The translations under genes and the position numbers were made by a program. Below are positions 9,011 to 18,727 of a stretch of 64,000 nt of DNA, in pieces. A model generated the notes under the pieces. It had not been told where the DNA came from and made no database searches. It saw nothing but the letters and a program-made list of their open reading frames with translations. Numbering within the stretch: the stretch's first letter is position 1; each line of letters opens with the position of its first letter. The DNA is from a virus. Taxonomy: Duplodnaviria > Caudoviricetes. Location of the stretch: IMG/VR virus record IMGVR_UViG_2562617158_000001, positions 13,029-77,028 of that record. One strand, 5' to 3'.

Positions 9011-10919
9011 GTTCTTCCCATCTCCTCTCAGCAGCCGAACGTACAACCTTATCCTTCATGGTACGAATCAATGGACGCTCCCCAAGGTTATACAGTGCCC
9101 ATACCCTGTGCTCTGTTTCCAGACAATAGCAGGGGACACGCCATTTCCTTTTTCTATCCTTGTTATACTCAGGCTCTCCAATAAGCCTATATGTCAACAC
9201 GTGTTTCATTTGCCAAACCTCCAAACGCCGTTGCTTTCCTCTACGTGAAAATGGGATTCCTTGCCGTCAATCGTGTTGTATACTGTGCCACCTTCTCCAA
9301 TTTTCCAGATACCATCAATGTAGAAACGCTTGATTTTCTCCAACATTTCCCGCTTAGAATATGCTTCTAAAATAATCCTCTCCATGTCATTACCCTGCCT
9401 TCCTATGCACCTTATAGCGATCCGCAACACGTTCCAGGGCTATCCGTTGGATTTTCCCTAGTGTATACACGTCATCGCATGGCGTTCCTCTTGCAAGATT
9501 CCTGTATTCCTTCCGTACATCTTCCGTGAATTCACGAATAAACGTGTTGAATTCCTTCATGTTTATACCTCCTTAACCAATAGCAGGTGTTCTCATAGCG
9601 TTATGTCCATCGTTTACGCCACTGTTATAGGCATGTTCGTTGCAGGATACGTTTGTATGCGTTACCCTGGCATATGGGAAAAGCTCCTGGACTTTATCGT
9701 CAACCTCCATTGACTTCTTGACGTCCTTAATGCTTTCCTCTAGCTCTTCTAGAGCCAGGCGGATGGATGCATTCTCTTCCTCTAGCTCGCTATGTCTTTC
9801 CGTAACCTCTTCATCGACGCGACGAGAGATGTAATGCTCTATAGCCTTCTCGATCTCTACGGCTTCCGCCATAGTAAAGCGCGAACGAATTAACTTCTGT
9901 ACCTCTAGAATAGTCATATATCATCCCTCCAATAATTCCAAGGCCACATAGTTTTCTTCTTTTTTGTTGCAGCAGATGTAAACACCTTTATTTCTCGTCT
10001 CAACCATAGCAAAATCCTTGCCACAGCAATGCTCTACAATTCTTCTCGTTGTCGCTGCTACCTTATTCCAGCATTCGCCCATCTCGTTATCGCAAACCCA
10101 CTCATCACGCTTTTTCTTGGAGTCGAATGCGTAAAAGGTAAAGGCATTTCCTCTACCTCCAAACGATTCGTAAGAGATGTTAACGCCATACTCGTAATAC
10201 TCAGCATAGTACATTCTCATTTCAATTACCTCCTATAAAGTTAACCACTAGTTGATACCGTAGAGCCTACAAAAGTGTTATCCCTTGTAGGCTCTGGCTA
10301 CCAATTAGAAGTCATAGCATCTTGCGCCGTTTACGTAGAACCAAACCTTGCAGGTTTTACAGTATTCCGCGATACACTCTGGTGTAGCCTGATATTTGTG
10401 GAAATACTTAACATACGCATTGTCTAACCATTCTGCAACGGAATAGCCGTACTGATTCCACTTCAGGTCAACGAGCAGATTTGACATGATAATGTTTTTC
10501 AGCTCGACGTTATTCATTTCGTCAAGTGTAGCCAATGCGCTAGCCAGGTTAATGTCAGAATTCTGCTTGCCAAGGAATCTAGCACCAGTCCAATAGATGC
10601 CATCGAACGCCTTGCAGATGATTTTCGCGCAGTCTGCAAGTTCCTGCTTAATGATAAGGTTATGATCGCCCGCCATAACTCTGTATGCGCTTGCCTTGGC
10701 ACTCTTGCCCAGTTCCTCGTAGGAATACAGCGTAATCTTTTTCATTTCAATTCATCCTTTCTGGCTATGATACATGTAAACACCTAATCCGATTACATAC
10801 AATCCCAAAAGCGTATGGGACTGAACAAACCCACCTACGTCAAATACTGGCGCGATAGGGGAAAACCATCCTGCTACCATCGTCAGGATCAGCAAAACAA
10901 CAAGCATGACCTTTTCCAT
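8985..10919 (-). other. cluster of small leftward hypothetical genes (8985-9224, 9206-9430, 9573-9917, 9921-10220, 10305-10745, 10752-10919)
   Basis: contiguous ORFs with GGAGG RBSs; the last is a two-TM peptide. Confidence 0.6.
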
Positions 10920-10987
10920 TTTTATCCACTTCCTTTTAATTGTTCTAGTGTGCGGACTATCATGGGGATAATCCGTACAAAGAGCAA

Positions 10988-11644
10988 TCAAAAGTCCATC
11001 AGAAATGCTCGCGTCTTCTTCTTGTTCGTTCCATGGACAGGAAATACTATGACTTCTTTCCTTCCTTTCTTCCAACACTTGCCACAATCACGGCATGTCA
11101 TGTTTTTGTCATGACTTGCAGGACAGAGTCTATAGGTTATCCCGTCAATACGACGAGCGGCCTTGTCTTTCTGTGTCCACTCATATACCGCCAATACAGC
11201 AGGCACATGATTTTCACGGCATTCCATAACCTGGCTTAATGTCTCGCATGACATATTAATGACAAAGCCATTTTCTGCCGCCTTGTGAATCAGCTGAAAA
11301 TTCTCTGCCGACTTGCTAGCATGCGTATAGGTGTATGCCTTAACACCCTTATATGCTCTAGACAAATCGCGAATCAATTCGCCGTCAAGTTCGTCAGTGT
11401 CATGGATACACATATCGCCGGCCACATTGTGGCGCAACACTTTTGTATGGCCTTTTGATTCCATCATGTCAGCAAGGGTTTTTGATGTGCAATTACTCTG
11501 CACCCAATGGCGGCGAGTGGTGAAATTTTCACCATAGCATCCGTGACACTTAAACGGGCAGGACTTTGGACAGGTGTGGGGATCACTATACGTTTGTGAA
11601 ATATCTCCTGTTTTCGTGTTGCAGGAATGTGCGACGTACTTCAT
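10988..11644 (-). CDS. Cys-rich phage protein (putative Fe-S/Zn binding)
   Basis: NTKTG..TCPKSCPFKCHGCY, LRHNVAGD, YTYTH, CPASHDKNMTCRDCGKCW; a pattern I recognise from phage/MGE early regions. Confidence 0.65.
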   Translation of the reverse strand: MKYVAHSCNTKTGDISQTYSDPHTCPKSCPFKCHGCYGENFTTRRHWVQSNCTSKTLADMMESKGHTKVLRHNVAGDMCIHDTDELDGELIRDLSRAYKGVKAYTYTHASKSAENFQLIHKAAENGFVINMSCETLSQVMECRENHVPAVLAVYEWTQKDKAARRIDGITYRLCPASHDKNMTCRDCGKCWKKGRKEVIVFPVHGTNKKKTRAFLMDF

Positions 11645-11649
11645 TTTGG

Positions 11650-12126
11650 TTACCATATGATATTACATCTCCTCTCAGTTCCGTCCGTACGGAATGAATA
11701 GAAATTATCTCCTACAATGATATGGTCAAGAACAGGTACATCAAGAATATGTCCCGCTTTGACAAGTCTTTCTGTAATCGCCTTGTCTTCACGGCTTGGC
11801 GTAACGTCTCCACTTGGATGATTATGAAACACGAAGCAAGCGGCCGCGTTTGCCAACAAACAAGGCTGGAAAACCTCTCTAGGATGTACGAGAGAACAGT
11901 TTAGCGTTCCCTTTGTCACAACGGTAACACACAAGGGTTTACTCTTAGAGTCAATGGGCACGACAATGAACAGTTCACAAGGGACTGTGTCAAAGTCGAT
12001 AACGCTCTTAATGAATTCGGCGGCGTCTTCTGGAGAATGCAAGGTTCTTGGGACGTCGTACTTGTGCGAGGATTCCTTAACGAGCTGTACACTCATACGC
12101 TTGATAATGGTTTTCATATTACTCAT
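11650..12126 (-). CDS. RadC-family JAB/MPN domain protein
   Basis: VHPREVF and JAMM motif HNHPSGDVTPSRED, LDHIIVG. Confidence 0.93.
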   Translation of the reverse strand: MSNMKTIIKRMSVQLVKESSHKYDVPRTLHSPEDAAEFIKSVIDFDTVPCELFIVVPIDSKSKPLCVTVVTKGTLNCSLVHPREVFQPCLLANAAACFVFHNHPSGDVTPSREDKAITERLVKAGHILDVPVLDHIIVGDNFYSFRTDGTERRCNIIW

Positions 12127-13108
12127 CCTCCTCATATTCTTCTGCTTTTAGCGCGTCGATTACAGTGGCGGCCTGGTCACTCATCGTTGTGCCCTCTACA
12201 GACTCGCTGTACACGACAGCAGGGGCATCCCAATGGCAACCATCCCAATTCTCTGCTTTCGCAATGGCATTACGTGCCGCCTTGGGGATCACGGCATAGA
12301 TTTTTGTTGTTGTGATGTAGTTGTTACCGTAATATTCTGTGTAGCTCTCGTAAATAAACCTCTTCATATTAGTCACCCTTTATCTCCATATGCCTTAGCA
12401 TATTCAGACTTGATTTTCTTCCTCAGATATTTCGGAAGGCACTCTGGAAAGTCAGCAGAAATAACAATCTTCCCATTTTTCTTGTCTGCGGCAAAGGACA
12501 TGCAAGTGCCAAAGCTAGGAATGATAACCCCGACATATTCAAGCCATCCCGACATACGTCCATCTGGCCATATATTCGATACTTGAATCTCCCAATTTCT
12601 GCACTTGATGAGTGTGTTCATAAACTTCTTCATGATTAAATCCCCTTTCTCATGCTTCTCTCTTAATACCTAATACAAAGTCGAATTTATCGGCAAGAAT
12701 CTCAGGAATCACAACGGCCCCAAACATTGCAGCCAATGACAATGCTACCATGGGCGCGACATATGGGCGCAAGGCATGGCCGTCGATGTATCCAATGATA
12801 ACGGCGAGAATCAGGAACACCTGGGGAATCATGACAATGGCCGACACGATGAAGAACGTGACATTCTCAACGTAATTAAGGGAACGATTGACGCGCACAA
12901 CGTCTTCATCGGCCATCGCCCAGTGACGTTTGAAGCCGCCAGCGATGTGACGGTCAAGTGCATCACGATGTAGATGGAACTTCTTGACGATGTCCGCCTT
13001 TGCCATACGTTCGACACGGCCAGACGCCCAACGGATGGCATAGTGTTCGCCCTTGTAGACGATAGCGCACGGACGGTTTTGAATGGAAATCTGTTCATAG
13101 CCTTTCAT
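12119..13108 (-). other. three leftward hypothetical genes (12119-12376, 12373-12633, 12650-13108; the last has two TM segments)
   Basis: coupled ORFs with RBSs. Confidence 0.6.
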
Positions 13109-13109
13109 T

Positions 13110-13138
13110 TTGAAAACCCCTTTCAGATGTGTTATAAT
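13110..13138 (+). promoter_or_regulatory. sigmaA-type promoter, rightward
   Basis: TTGAAA-17 nt-TATAAT with TG extended -10. Confidence 0.6.
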
Positions 13139-13690
13139 AGAGTTAACATCATATTGCAGGGCTTAATATTGATGTATTCTGTCCGTTCCTCCGTTTTGAT
13201 CCTTTGGCAACATCGGGAATCTCAGTTACTCAATCAGGGACGCAGGATAAAATCCGTTGTGTGTTCGCTGAGTACCAATATTAAGCACTGTATATACAAG
13301 GTTAACATTGGATTGTCATCGCTATCGTGCGGGTTTGTAGTCTCATCTCTGAGGCATAGCCCGTGTCATGCACAATCAGTCTTTCGACGGTTCACTACGT
13401 TATTTTGGTTCGCTGCAACATTACAGCGTTTACATTATTTGGTTGTCTTATTTCTTTATCTCTCTCTTTATCTTGACTATAGTATACCGCAAAATAGCTG
13501 TATAGTACATCAATAGAATCACTTGTTACAGCTTATTAACACACATTATATCGCAATATCGCTGCATATCTCACTCGATCGCATTAATGCTCTTGATTTC
13601 AAAAAGGCGTCAAAACAGATGTGCAGTACAAGGGGACACGTAGCGGATCAGTCAATATGCAATGCATATATGTATAGTATGCAATAGGAG

Positions 13691-13921
13691 ATGTATAACA
13701 TGTCATTAAAACACAAATTAAAGGTACTATGTGCTAATAATGATATAACATTATTAGACATAATGAAGGCATATAATAAAGCATATGACAAGTCAATGGT
13801 ATCTCAGACATTCTATAGAATGGTAAATAGTAACAATATGCGTTACAACCAATTATCAGATATGCTTGACTCAATTGGCTATGAAATTGTATTCCGACGC
13901 AAGCGCGATGGGGATCAGTAG
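13691..13921 (+). CDS. small HTH repressor/Cro-like DNA-binding protein
   Basis: 76 aa, KVLCANNDITLLDIMK..SQTFYRMVNSNNMRYNQLSDMLDSIGYEIVF; divergent from the early cluster. Confidence 0.6.
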   Translation: MYNMSLKHKLKVLCANNDITLLDIMKAYNKAYDKSMVSQTFYRMVNSNNMRYNQLSDMLDSIGYEIVFRRKRDGDQ

Positions 13922-14063
13922 AATTGTTTTTCTAAATTCAATTTGATTCAATGGATGAAAGCAGCCAAATACACATGAATGGCCGTTCACATGTATTGAT
14001 CCTTATTGTGTTTCCGTTGTATGCGTTGATGTTACGTTGAGTTCCCGTTGTGTAGCCAATGAG

Positions 14064-14211
14064 ATTACAACGAGATACCGTTGTATATTCCATTGTCATG
14101 ACAGGCGTGTTGACAGATTGACGCGCGTTCTATACCACTAATATATTGACGTTCATCAATATGTTATCAAGGGAATAGTCATTGATCCTGACGATGGTAT
14201 CTCGTTGTAAT
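14064..14211. repeat. 16-bp perfect inverted repeat (attacaacgagatacc / ggtatctcgttgtaat)
   Basis: arms at 14064-14079 and 14196-14211. Confidence 0.85.
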
Positions 14212-14565
14212 TCGCCTGGTTACAATGAATATCTATGTCATTCATTGAGATGCATTATCATATAATTGTCATCATTGGTATCACAATGACAGCAGCGCAC
14301 AAGGCAATGACACATTACTGTATGTAATATTAGGTTGTAAATGGCGTAATATAATGGGTTATCGCGATGGAGATCGATACGTCCGCAAATCGGATACACT
14401 GATGGGGCGGTGCATTTCATCGTACCAATTTGGGAAACGTTGTCAGGAAAGTTCGCGGCATAGTCCCAACACAAACCGCGCACCTCATTGGAATTTCTAC
14501 GTCATGCACCGTATTCATTGTGTCTCATTAAATTTCATGCAATTTCATTAAAAAACACCGCAATC

Positions 14566-14683
14566 CCCTTGTGCCACAAGGGTTTATCGAAGGTGAAACA
14601 GGGTAATCCGTTACCATTTCGTTGCAGAATCGTGCTCTACCCTTGTAAATCAAGGGTTTATACAAGGTGATACGGGTGATTCC
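14566..14683. repeat. two imperfect ~44-bp direct repeats, each starting with a CCCTTG-N5-CAAGGG palindrome
   Basis: cccttgtgccacaagggtttatcgaaggtga (14566) vs cccttgtaaatcaagggtttatacaaggtga (14640). Confidence 0.8.
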
Positions 14684-14738
14684 TAAATGGGCACACAGGA
14701 CAATCTGGACGTTCAGAAAAATTTTTTATATTTTTTTG

Positions 14739-14795
14739 AGATTTACCGAACAAATACCCCCATTTTTCGACATTATATATAGAGGGGTAATTTTA
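14739..14795 (+). promoter_or_regulatory. conserved phage promoter-like motif, copy 1 of 3
   Basis: ACCGAACAA-N(16-17)-ACATTATATATAGAGGG, also at 17693 and 39021. Confidence 0.6.
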
Positions 14796-15488
14796 TTACC
14801 AAGTCGAGTGAAGGTGGAGCCGTAGTATGCGTTGAGTGTCAATGCTACGCAGGCGTGAGCCATCGCATTTCTCTCTTCTTTTCCTTGGCCTACATTGTAA
14901 GTCAGAAACCTCCCTGCCTGACCGTAGGAAGTCGGGCTATTCAATCTTTACGTCCATGGCGTAAGTCAGAGTCATGCATAGATACCCATTGGGCAGCAGT
15001 GACAGCGTAAAGAGAGAAGAAAAGGAAGTGCCCCGGGGATAGTGTATCTTCACGGGGGATTACAGGGGGACATAGAGATACAATAGAGTATACTATAGTA
15101 ACTCATTGGATATACATTGAATCTCTATAGATAACATTGTATTCAACGATAAGCGTATAGTCTTTAAACATAGTCCTTCCGTTGATAACAATGATTCTTA
15201 TAGAGTTAATGGTTAGACAATGTAAGGCAATAGGGTTGCATTCCTTCCCTTGATTAAATAAATTACTTACGAAGTAAGTGTTTGCGATAGCAAACTTGAA
15301 CCTTGATATACCTATGTACTCATTGAGATGAGTATAGTGTTCCAATGAATCTGATTGGAAACCGTTAGTGAACTATGTTTAAAGAACATAGTCTTTACAA
15401 CAGAATACAATAACACTCATTGTATACTATAGATATACAATGTATATACATAGTATAGCCATGACCATAGAACTCTATGGTCTTTTTT
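14796..15488 (+). ncRNA. candidate long non-coding transcript between the conserved motif and a terminator
   Basis: no credible + strand ORF; several hairpins; ends at gaccataga-ac-tctatggtc-tttttt. Confidence 0.35.
15463..15488 (+). terminator. intrinsic terminator just upstream of the phoH RBS
   Basis: 9-bp stem GACCATAGA/TCTATGGTC followed by T6. Confidence 0.8.
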
Positions 15489-15504
15489 ATTAGGAGGACA
15501 TAAC

Positions 15505-16167
15505 ATGAATGACAAAGAAATTCCGCTGTTCAACAAGGATCGTGACCGTTTCTATAAGAAGATGTCCAATGAACAACATGTGATGTTCGATAGCATCCTT
15601 GAGGTTCCATTTACCTTTGTAGAAGCCAAAGCAGGCTCTGGCAAGACAACTGTTGCATTTGCTGCTGGCATTGATATGCTCGCCAATGGTGTCATCAGTA
15701 AAATCATCTATATCATCAAGCCATCCAAGCGCAGCTATGCCAACGGATACTTACCAGGAGACCTTGAACAGAAAACAGCGCAATTATACTATGCTGCATA
15801 TGACGCACTGGAAGTCCTTGGATTTTCACAGAGGGATATCCAGGCACTCATCAATACAGAACAGGTCATGCTCATTACAGACAATAATCTCCGTGGCGTG
15901 AACCTTATGGATTGCCTTGTCATCATCGACGAGGGACAGAACATGGGCGTGAGTGACTTACGATTGGTGTTGACGCGCATTCATGATGATTCTAAGTGTG
16001 TATTGCTTGGTGATTCTCGACAGAGTGACAATCCAGGCAACAAGGAGCATTGCTTTGTTGACTATGGAAACTACATGGTTGAGCACATTGGACGCAAGGT
16101 TGAGCTGACACGGAACTTCCGTGGACGTTTATCGAGGATTGCAGAGGAATACGAACCATTAGATTGA
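15505..16167 (+). CDS. phoH: PhoH-family ATPase
   Basis: AKAGSGKTTVA Walker A, LPGDLEQK, LRGVNL, IIDEGQN, LTRI, LLGDSRQSD. Confidence 0.93.
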   Translation: MNDKEIPLFNKDRDRFYKKMSNEQHVMFDSILEVPFTFVEAKAGSGKTTVAFAAGIDMLANGVISKIIYIIKPSKRSYANGYLPGDLEQKTAQLYYAAYDALEVLGFSQRDIQALINTEQVMLITDNNLRGVNLMDCLVIIDEGQNMGVSDLRLVLTRIHDDSKCVLLGDSRQSDNPGNKEHCFVDYGNYMVEHIGRKVELTRNFRGRLSRIAEEYEPLD

Positions 16168-16537
16168 ATTATAAGGGGATGTTTATTTGATATATATCAC
16201 GATTCATGATGATAGCATTGAGGGTGCGTTGAAGGATATGACGGTGCGTGTGGATGATAATGGAAATCCCGCAGAGGTTTCGCACAAAGTCCAAGAAAAA
16301 GCCAACGAGCTGTTTACGGACTGGAATAATAAGCGTATGGAGGTGGAGCCTGATGAATAATGGCGCATTACTAATTCTCTTTGGTGTTCTCATGGCAGTT
16401 GTATCTCTGCTCTGTGCAAATAGCGTGCAGATGTTCAGAGCAACCGTGTGTGTTATGCTCCTCGTAGCAAATATTGGTATTTTGGCACTCGTTGCGGCTA
16501 GTTTTGAGGTCGTAGACGGGGATGACGAGGAGAAAAA

Positions 16538-17484
16538 ATGAACCACACAAAAGACGAATTAAAGGAACTCCAGTCGCTCCCCTTGGTAGATAAGGTGGCG
16601 TTAACAAAGTTAAGAATCACTGAATGGCACGAGCATTATAACGGCAAAGTGTATGTAAGCTTTAGTGGCGGCAAGGACTCCTCTGTATTACTTCACATCG
16701 CAAGGGAAATTTACCCAGAAGTGGGGGGGTATTTGTTGATACTGGCTTAGAGTTTCCAGAAGTTAAAGACCATGTAAAGTCATTTGAAAATATTACAATC
16801 ATACGTCCAAAGAAGTCCTTTGCTCAAGTGATTCAAGATGAAGGTTTGGTATTTCCGTCTAAGGAGGTTGCTCTAGACGTTTATTATGCTCGAAAAGGCT
16901 CTCTGTGGGCAATCAACAAATTTAATGGGCTTGATAGGCATGGAAACAAGGATGCCTACAAGCAGTCCAGTATGAAATGGAAATGGTTGATTGGTTCGCC
17001 GTACAAGATTAGCCCCTTCTGTTGCGACATAATGAAAAAGAAACCCGCTCATCAGTACACAAAACAGACTGGTGAGTTTCCGATACTAGCAACAATGGCT
17101 TCCGAGTCCAGGCTGAGGTATAATGCATGGATAAAGACAGGCTGCAATGCGTTTGATGCGACGTATCCATCGTCTAAGCCAATGAGTTTTTGGACAAATC
17201 AAGATGTCCTTGAATACATTGCTTATCATCGTGTGAAAATCCCTAGCGTCTATGGGAATGTTGTAAAATCTAAGAATGGGAAATACGCAACAACGGGGGA
17301 AGATAGGACTGGCTGTGTATTTTGCCCGATTGGATGTCATCTTGAAAAGGGAGATAGCCGTAGGTTTGTGCGACTGTCTAAGACGCATCCCAAGCTGTAC
17401 GACTATTGCATGAACAAACTAGGAATGAAAGAACTACTTGATGCAATCCAAGAACATACTGGATGTGAAAAGCTTTATGTATGA
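16538..17484 (+). pseudogene. PAPS-reductase-family protein split by a frameshift in a G7 tract
   Basis: VYVSFSGGKDSSVLLHI (PP-loop) in ORF 16538-16750; the continuation VFVDTGLEFPE...DRTGCVFC is in another frame after G7 at 16723-16729. Confidence 0.85.
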
Positions 17485-17677
17485 TAAGATTAGCTGCTTT
17501 GCAGATTGTGGCAGTGAGTGCCTTATAATGCGTGTTCCGTATGATATTGCAGCCACGATGATGAAGAATATGCCTGAATCTGATGCTAAAAACCAACTCA
17601 TAGAGCGTGCAAGGGTGGCTTCTAGGCGTTCAAAGATATTGAAATCGGCTCTCGATGAAATTTTTGAAAAAAAATAA
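17481..17677 (+). CDS. hypothetical protein
   Basis: ATGA overlap with upstream stop. Confidence 0.45.
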
Positions 17678-17692
17678 AAAAAATTACAAAAC

Positions 17693-17744
17693 ACCGAACA
17701 ATTACCCCCATTTTTATACATTATATATAGAGGGGTAATTTTAT
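17693..17744 (+). promoter_or_regulatory. conserved phage promoter-like motif, copy 2 of 3
   Basis: accgaacaattacccccatttttatacattatatatagaggggtaattttat; AATTACCCC/GGGGTAATT inverted repeat encloses the TATATA. Confidence 0.6.
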
Positions 17745-17930
17745 ATGATTATCACTCGTAGACACGGTTCGCCTCCTTACCGTGTCTATTTTCATGTCCA
17801 AGAGGCATAGGTGGGAAACTATTGTACACTCCCACCACCTACCGTCATAACGACGAACACGGTATATGGATTTCCCCTTTCGTTCATATGCCGTTACCAT
17901 GGCAGGGACAAGGTTAATGCCTTGAATCTG
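17745..17930 (+). ncRNA. candidate sRNA with anti-Shine-Dalgarno-like loops
   Basis: 9-bp stem TAGACACGG/CCGTGTCTA with CCTCCTT loop; further stems; motif shared with 19717-19775. Confidence 0.4.
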
Positions 17931-17969
17931 CATTGAACGAGAATGGGGATGTGTAGAAAGGGAATTGAT

Positions 17970-18560
17970 ATGAATGAGAATTTTGGCGCGGTCGCTCATG
18001 TTGAATCTTACGGAGTGACCGTTAGTATTTATGGAACGTTACGGATGCCCTTTGTTAAGGCAATGGACTTAGCTGATTGGATTGACCATCGGTTAGGCCG
18101 TACAGAGGTCATGGTTGAGACGTTGGGTATCAGTCCATATCGTGATGAAAACAATGAGCCGTATTATACATTGCGGACAGCTGCAAAAACAATCCTTGAA
18201 TATTTCCCTAGAGGAAATGGCAAGGCTTTCCTTGATGTGATTCATCGGAAACTCAAGTACCTCAATGTACGTGATGGACGAGAGTATATGAATCATGTTG
18301 ATGATGATAAGGTATTCTCCATGAATCAGTTTGCAGGAACTGTATGGAATAGATTCAGTATTGGACACAACAAGCTGTATCGTTGGATGGTGAATCATGG
18401 ATATATCTATAAGACACCTGAGAACAAATACATGCCATATCAGCGTTACATTGACTATGGATGGTTTATTGTCAATCCGCTGAAAGACGATAGGTCCTAT
18501 ACGGAAATCACGAGTTTAGGATCGTTGGTGTTGATGGAATCTCTAGAGCGTCACAACTGA
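17970..18560 (+). CDS. phage antirepressor with KilAC (ANT C-terminal) domain
   Basis: FSMNQFA..IGHNKLYRWMVNHGYIYK..YMPYQRYIDYGWF. Confidence 0.8.
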   Translation: MNENFGAVAHVESYGVTVSIYGTLRMPFVKAMDLADWIDHRLGRTEVMVETLGISPYRDENNEPYYTLRTAAKTILEYFPRGNGKAFLDVIHRKLKYLNVRDGREYMNHVDDDKVFSMNQFAGTVWNRFSIGHNKLYRWMVNHGYIYKTPENKYMPYQRYIDYGWFIVNPLKDDRSYTEITSLGSLVLMESLERHN

Positions 18561-18576
18561 CGCTCTTTTGTTTTAT

Positions 18577-18599
18577 AGGAGTGTAGCCAAGTGGCTATG
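18577..18599 (+). pseudogene. 5' fragment of a disrupted tRNA (Gln-type)
   Basis: AGGAGTG-TA-GCC-AAGTGG; AGGAGTG pairs with CACTTCT at 19455-19461. Confidence 0.75.
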
Positions 18600-18620
18600 T
18601 GTTAAAGATATGAATATTAT

Positions 18621-18695
18621 AGGGATATAGTTTAATGGTTAAAACGATTGACTTTGAATCAATAGATTTCAGTTCGATTCTGAATATCTCCGCCA
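18621..18695 (+). tRNA. tRNA-Gln(UUG)
   Basis: cloverleaf: GTTT/AAAC D stem, ATTGA-CT TTG AA-TCAAT anticodon arm, TTCAG-TTCGATT-CTGAA T arm, G73, encoded CCA. Confidence 0.92.
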
Positions 18696-18727
18696 TTGAT
18701 ATGTTTTTTAATACTTGGTGATGAATA

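Noticed and set aside
13190-13420. Hammerhead-like words (CTGATTGAG, CGAAAG, GATGAG) on the minus strand of the early leader
   Set aside because: Could not assemble the CUGAUGA/GAAA core with three stems by eye; needs a covariance-model search.
12974-13516. 180-aa + strand ORF
   Set aside because: Overlaps a real minus-strand gene and a promoter; no RBS, non-protein-like composition.
15218-15250. Second short parallel-complement match (aatgtaagg vs ttgcattcc)
   Set aside because: Only 8 of 9 nt; compatible with chance.
14238-15345. Short ORFs in the switch region (14238-14483, 14354-14551, 14488-14670, 14726-14944, 15103-15345)
   Set aside because: No RBS or recognisable motifs; they overlap repeats and hairpins better explained as non-coding.
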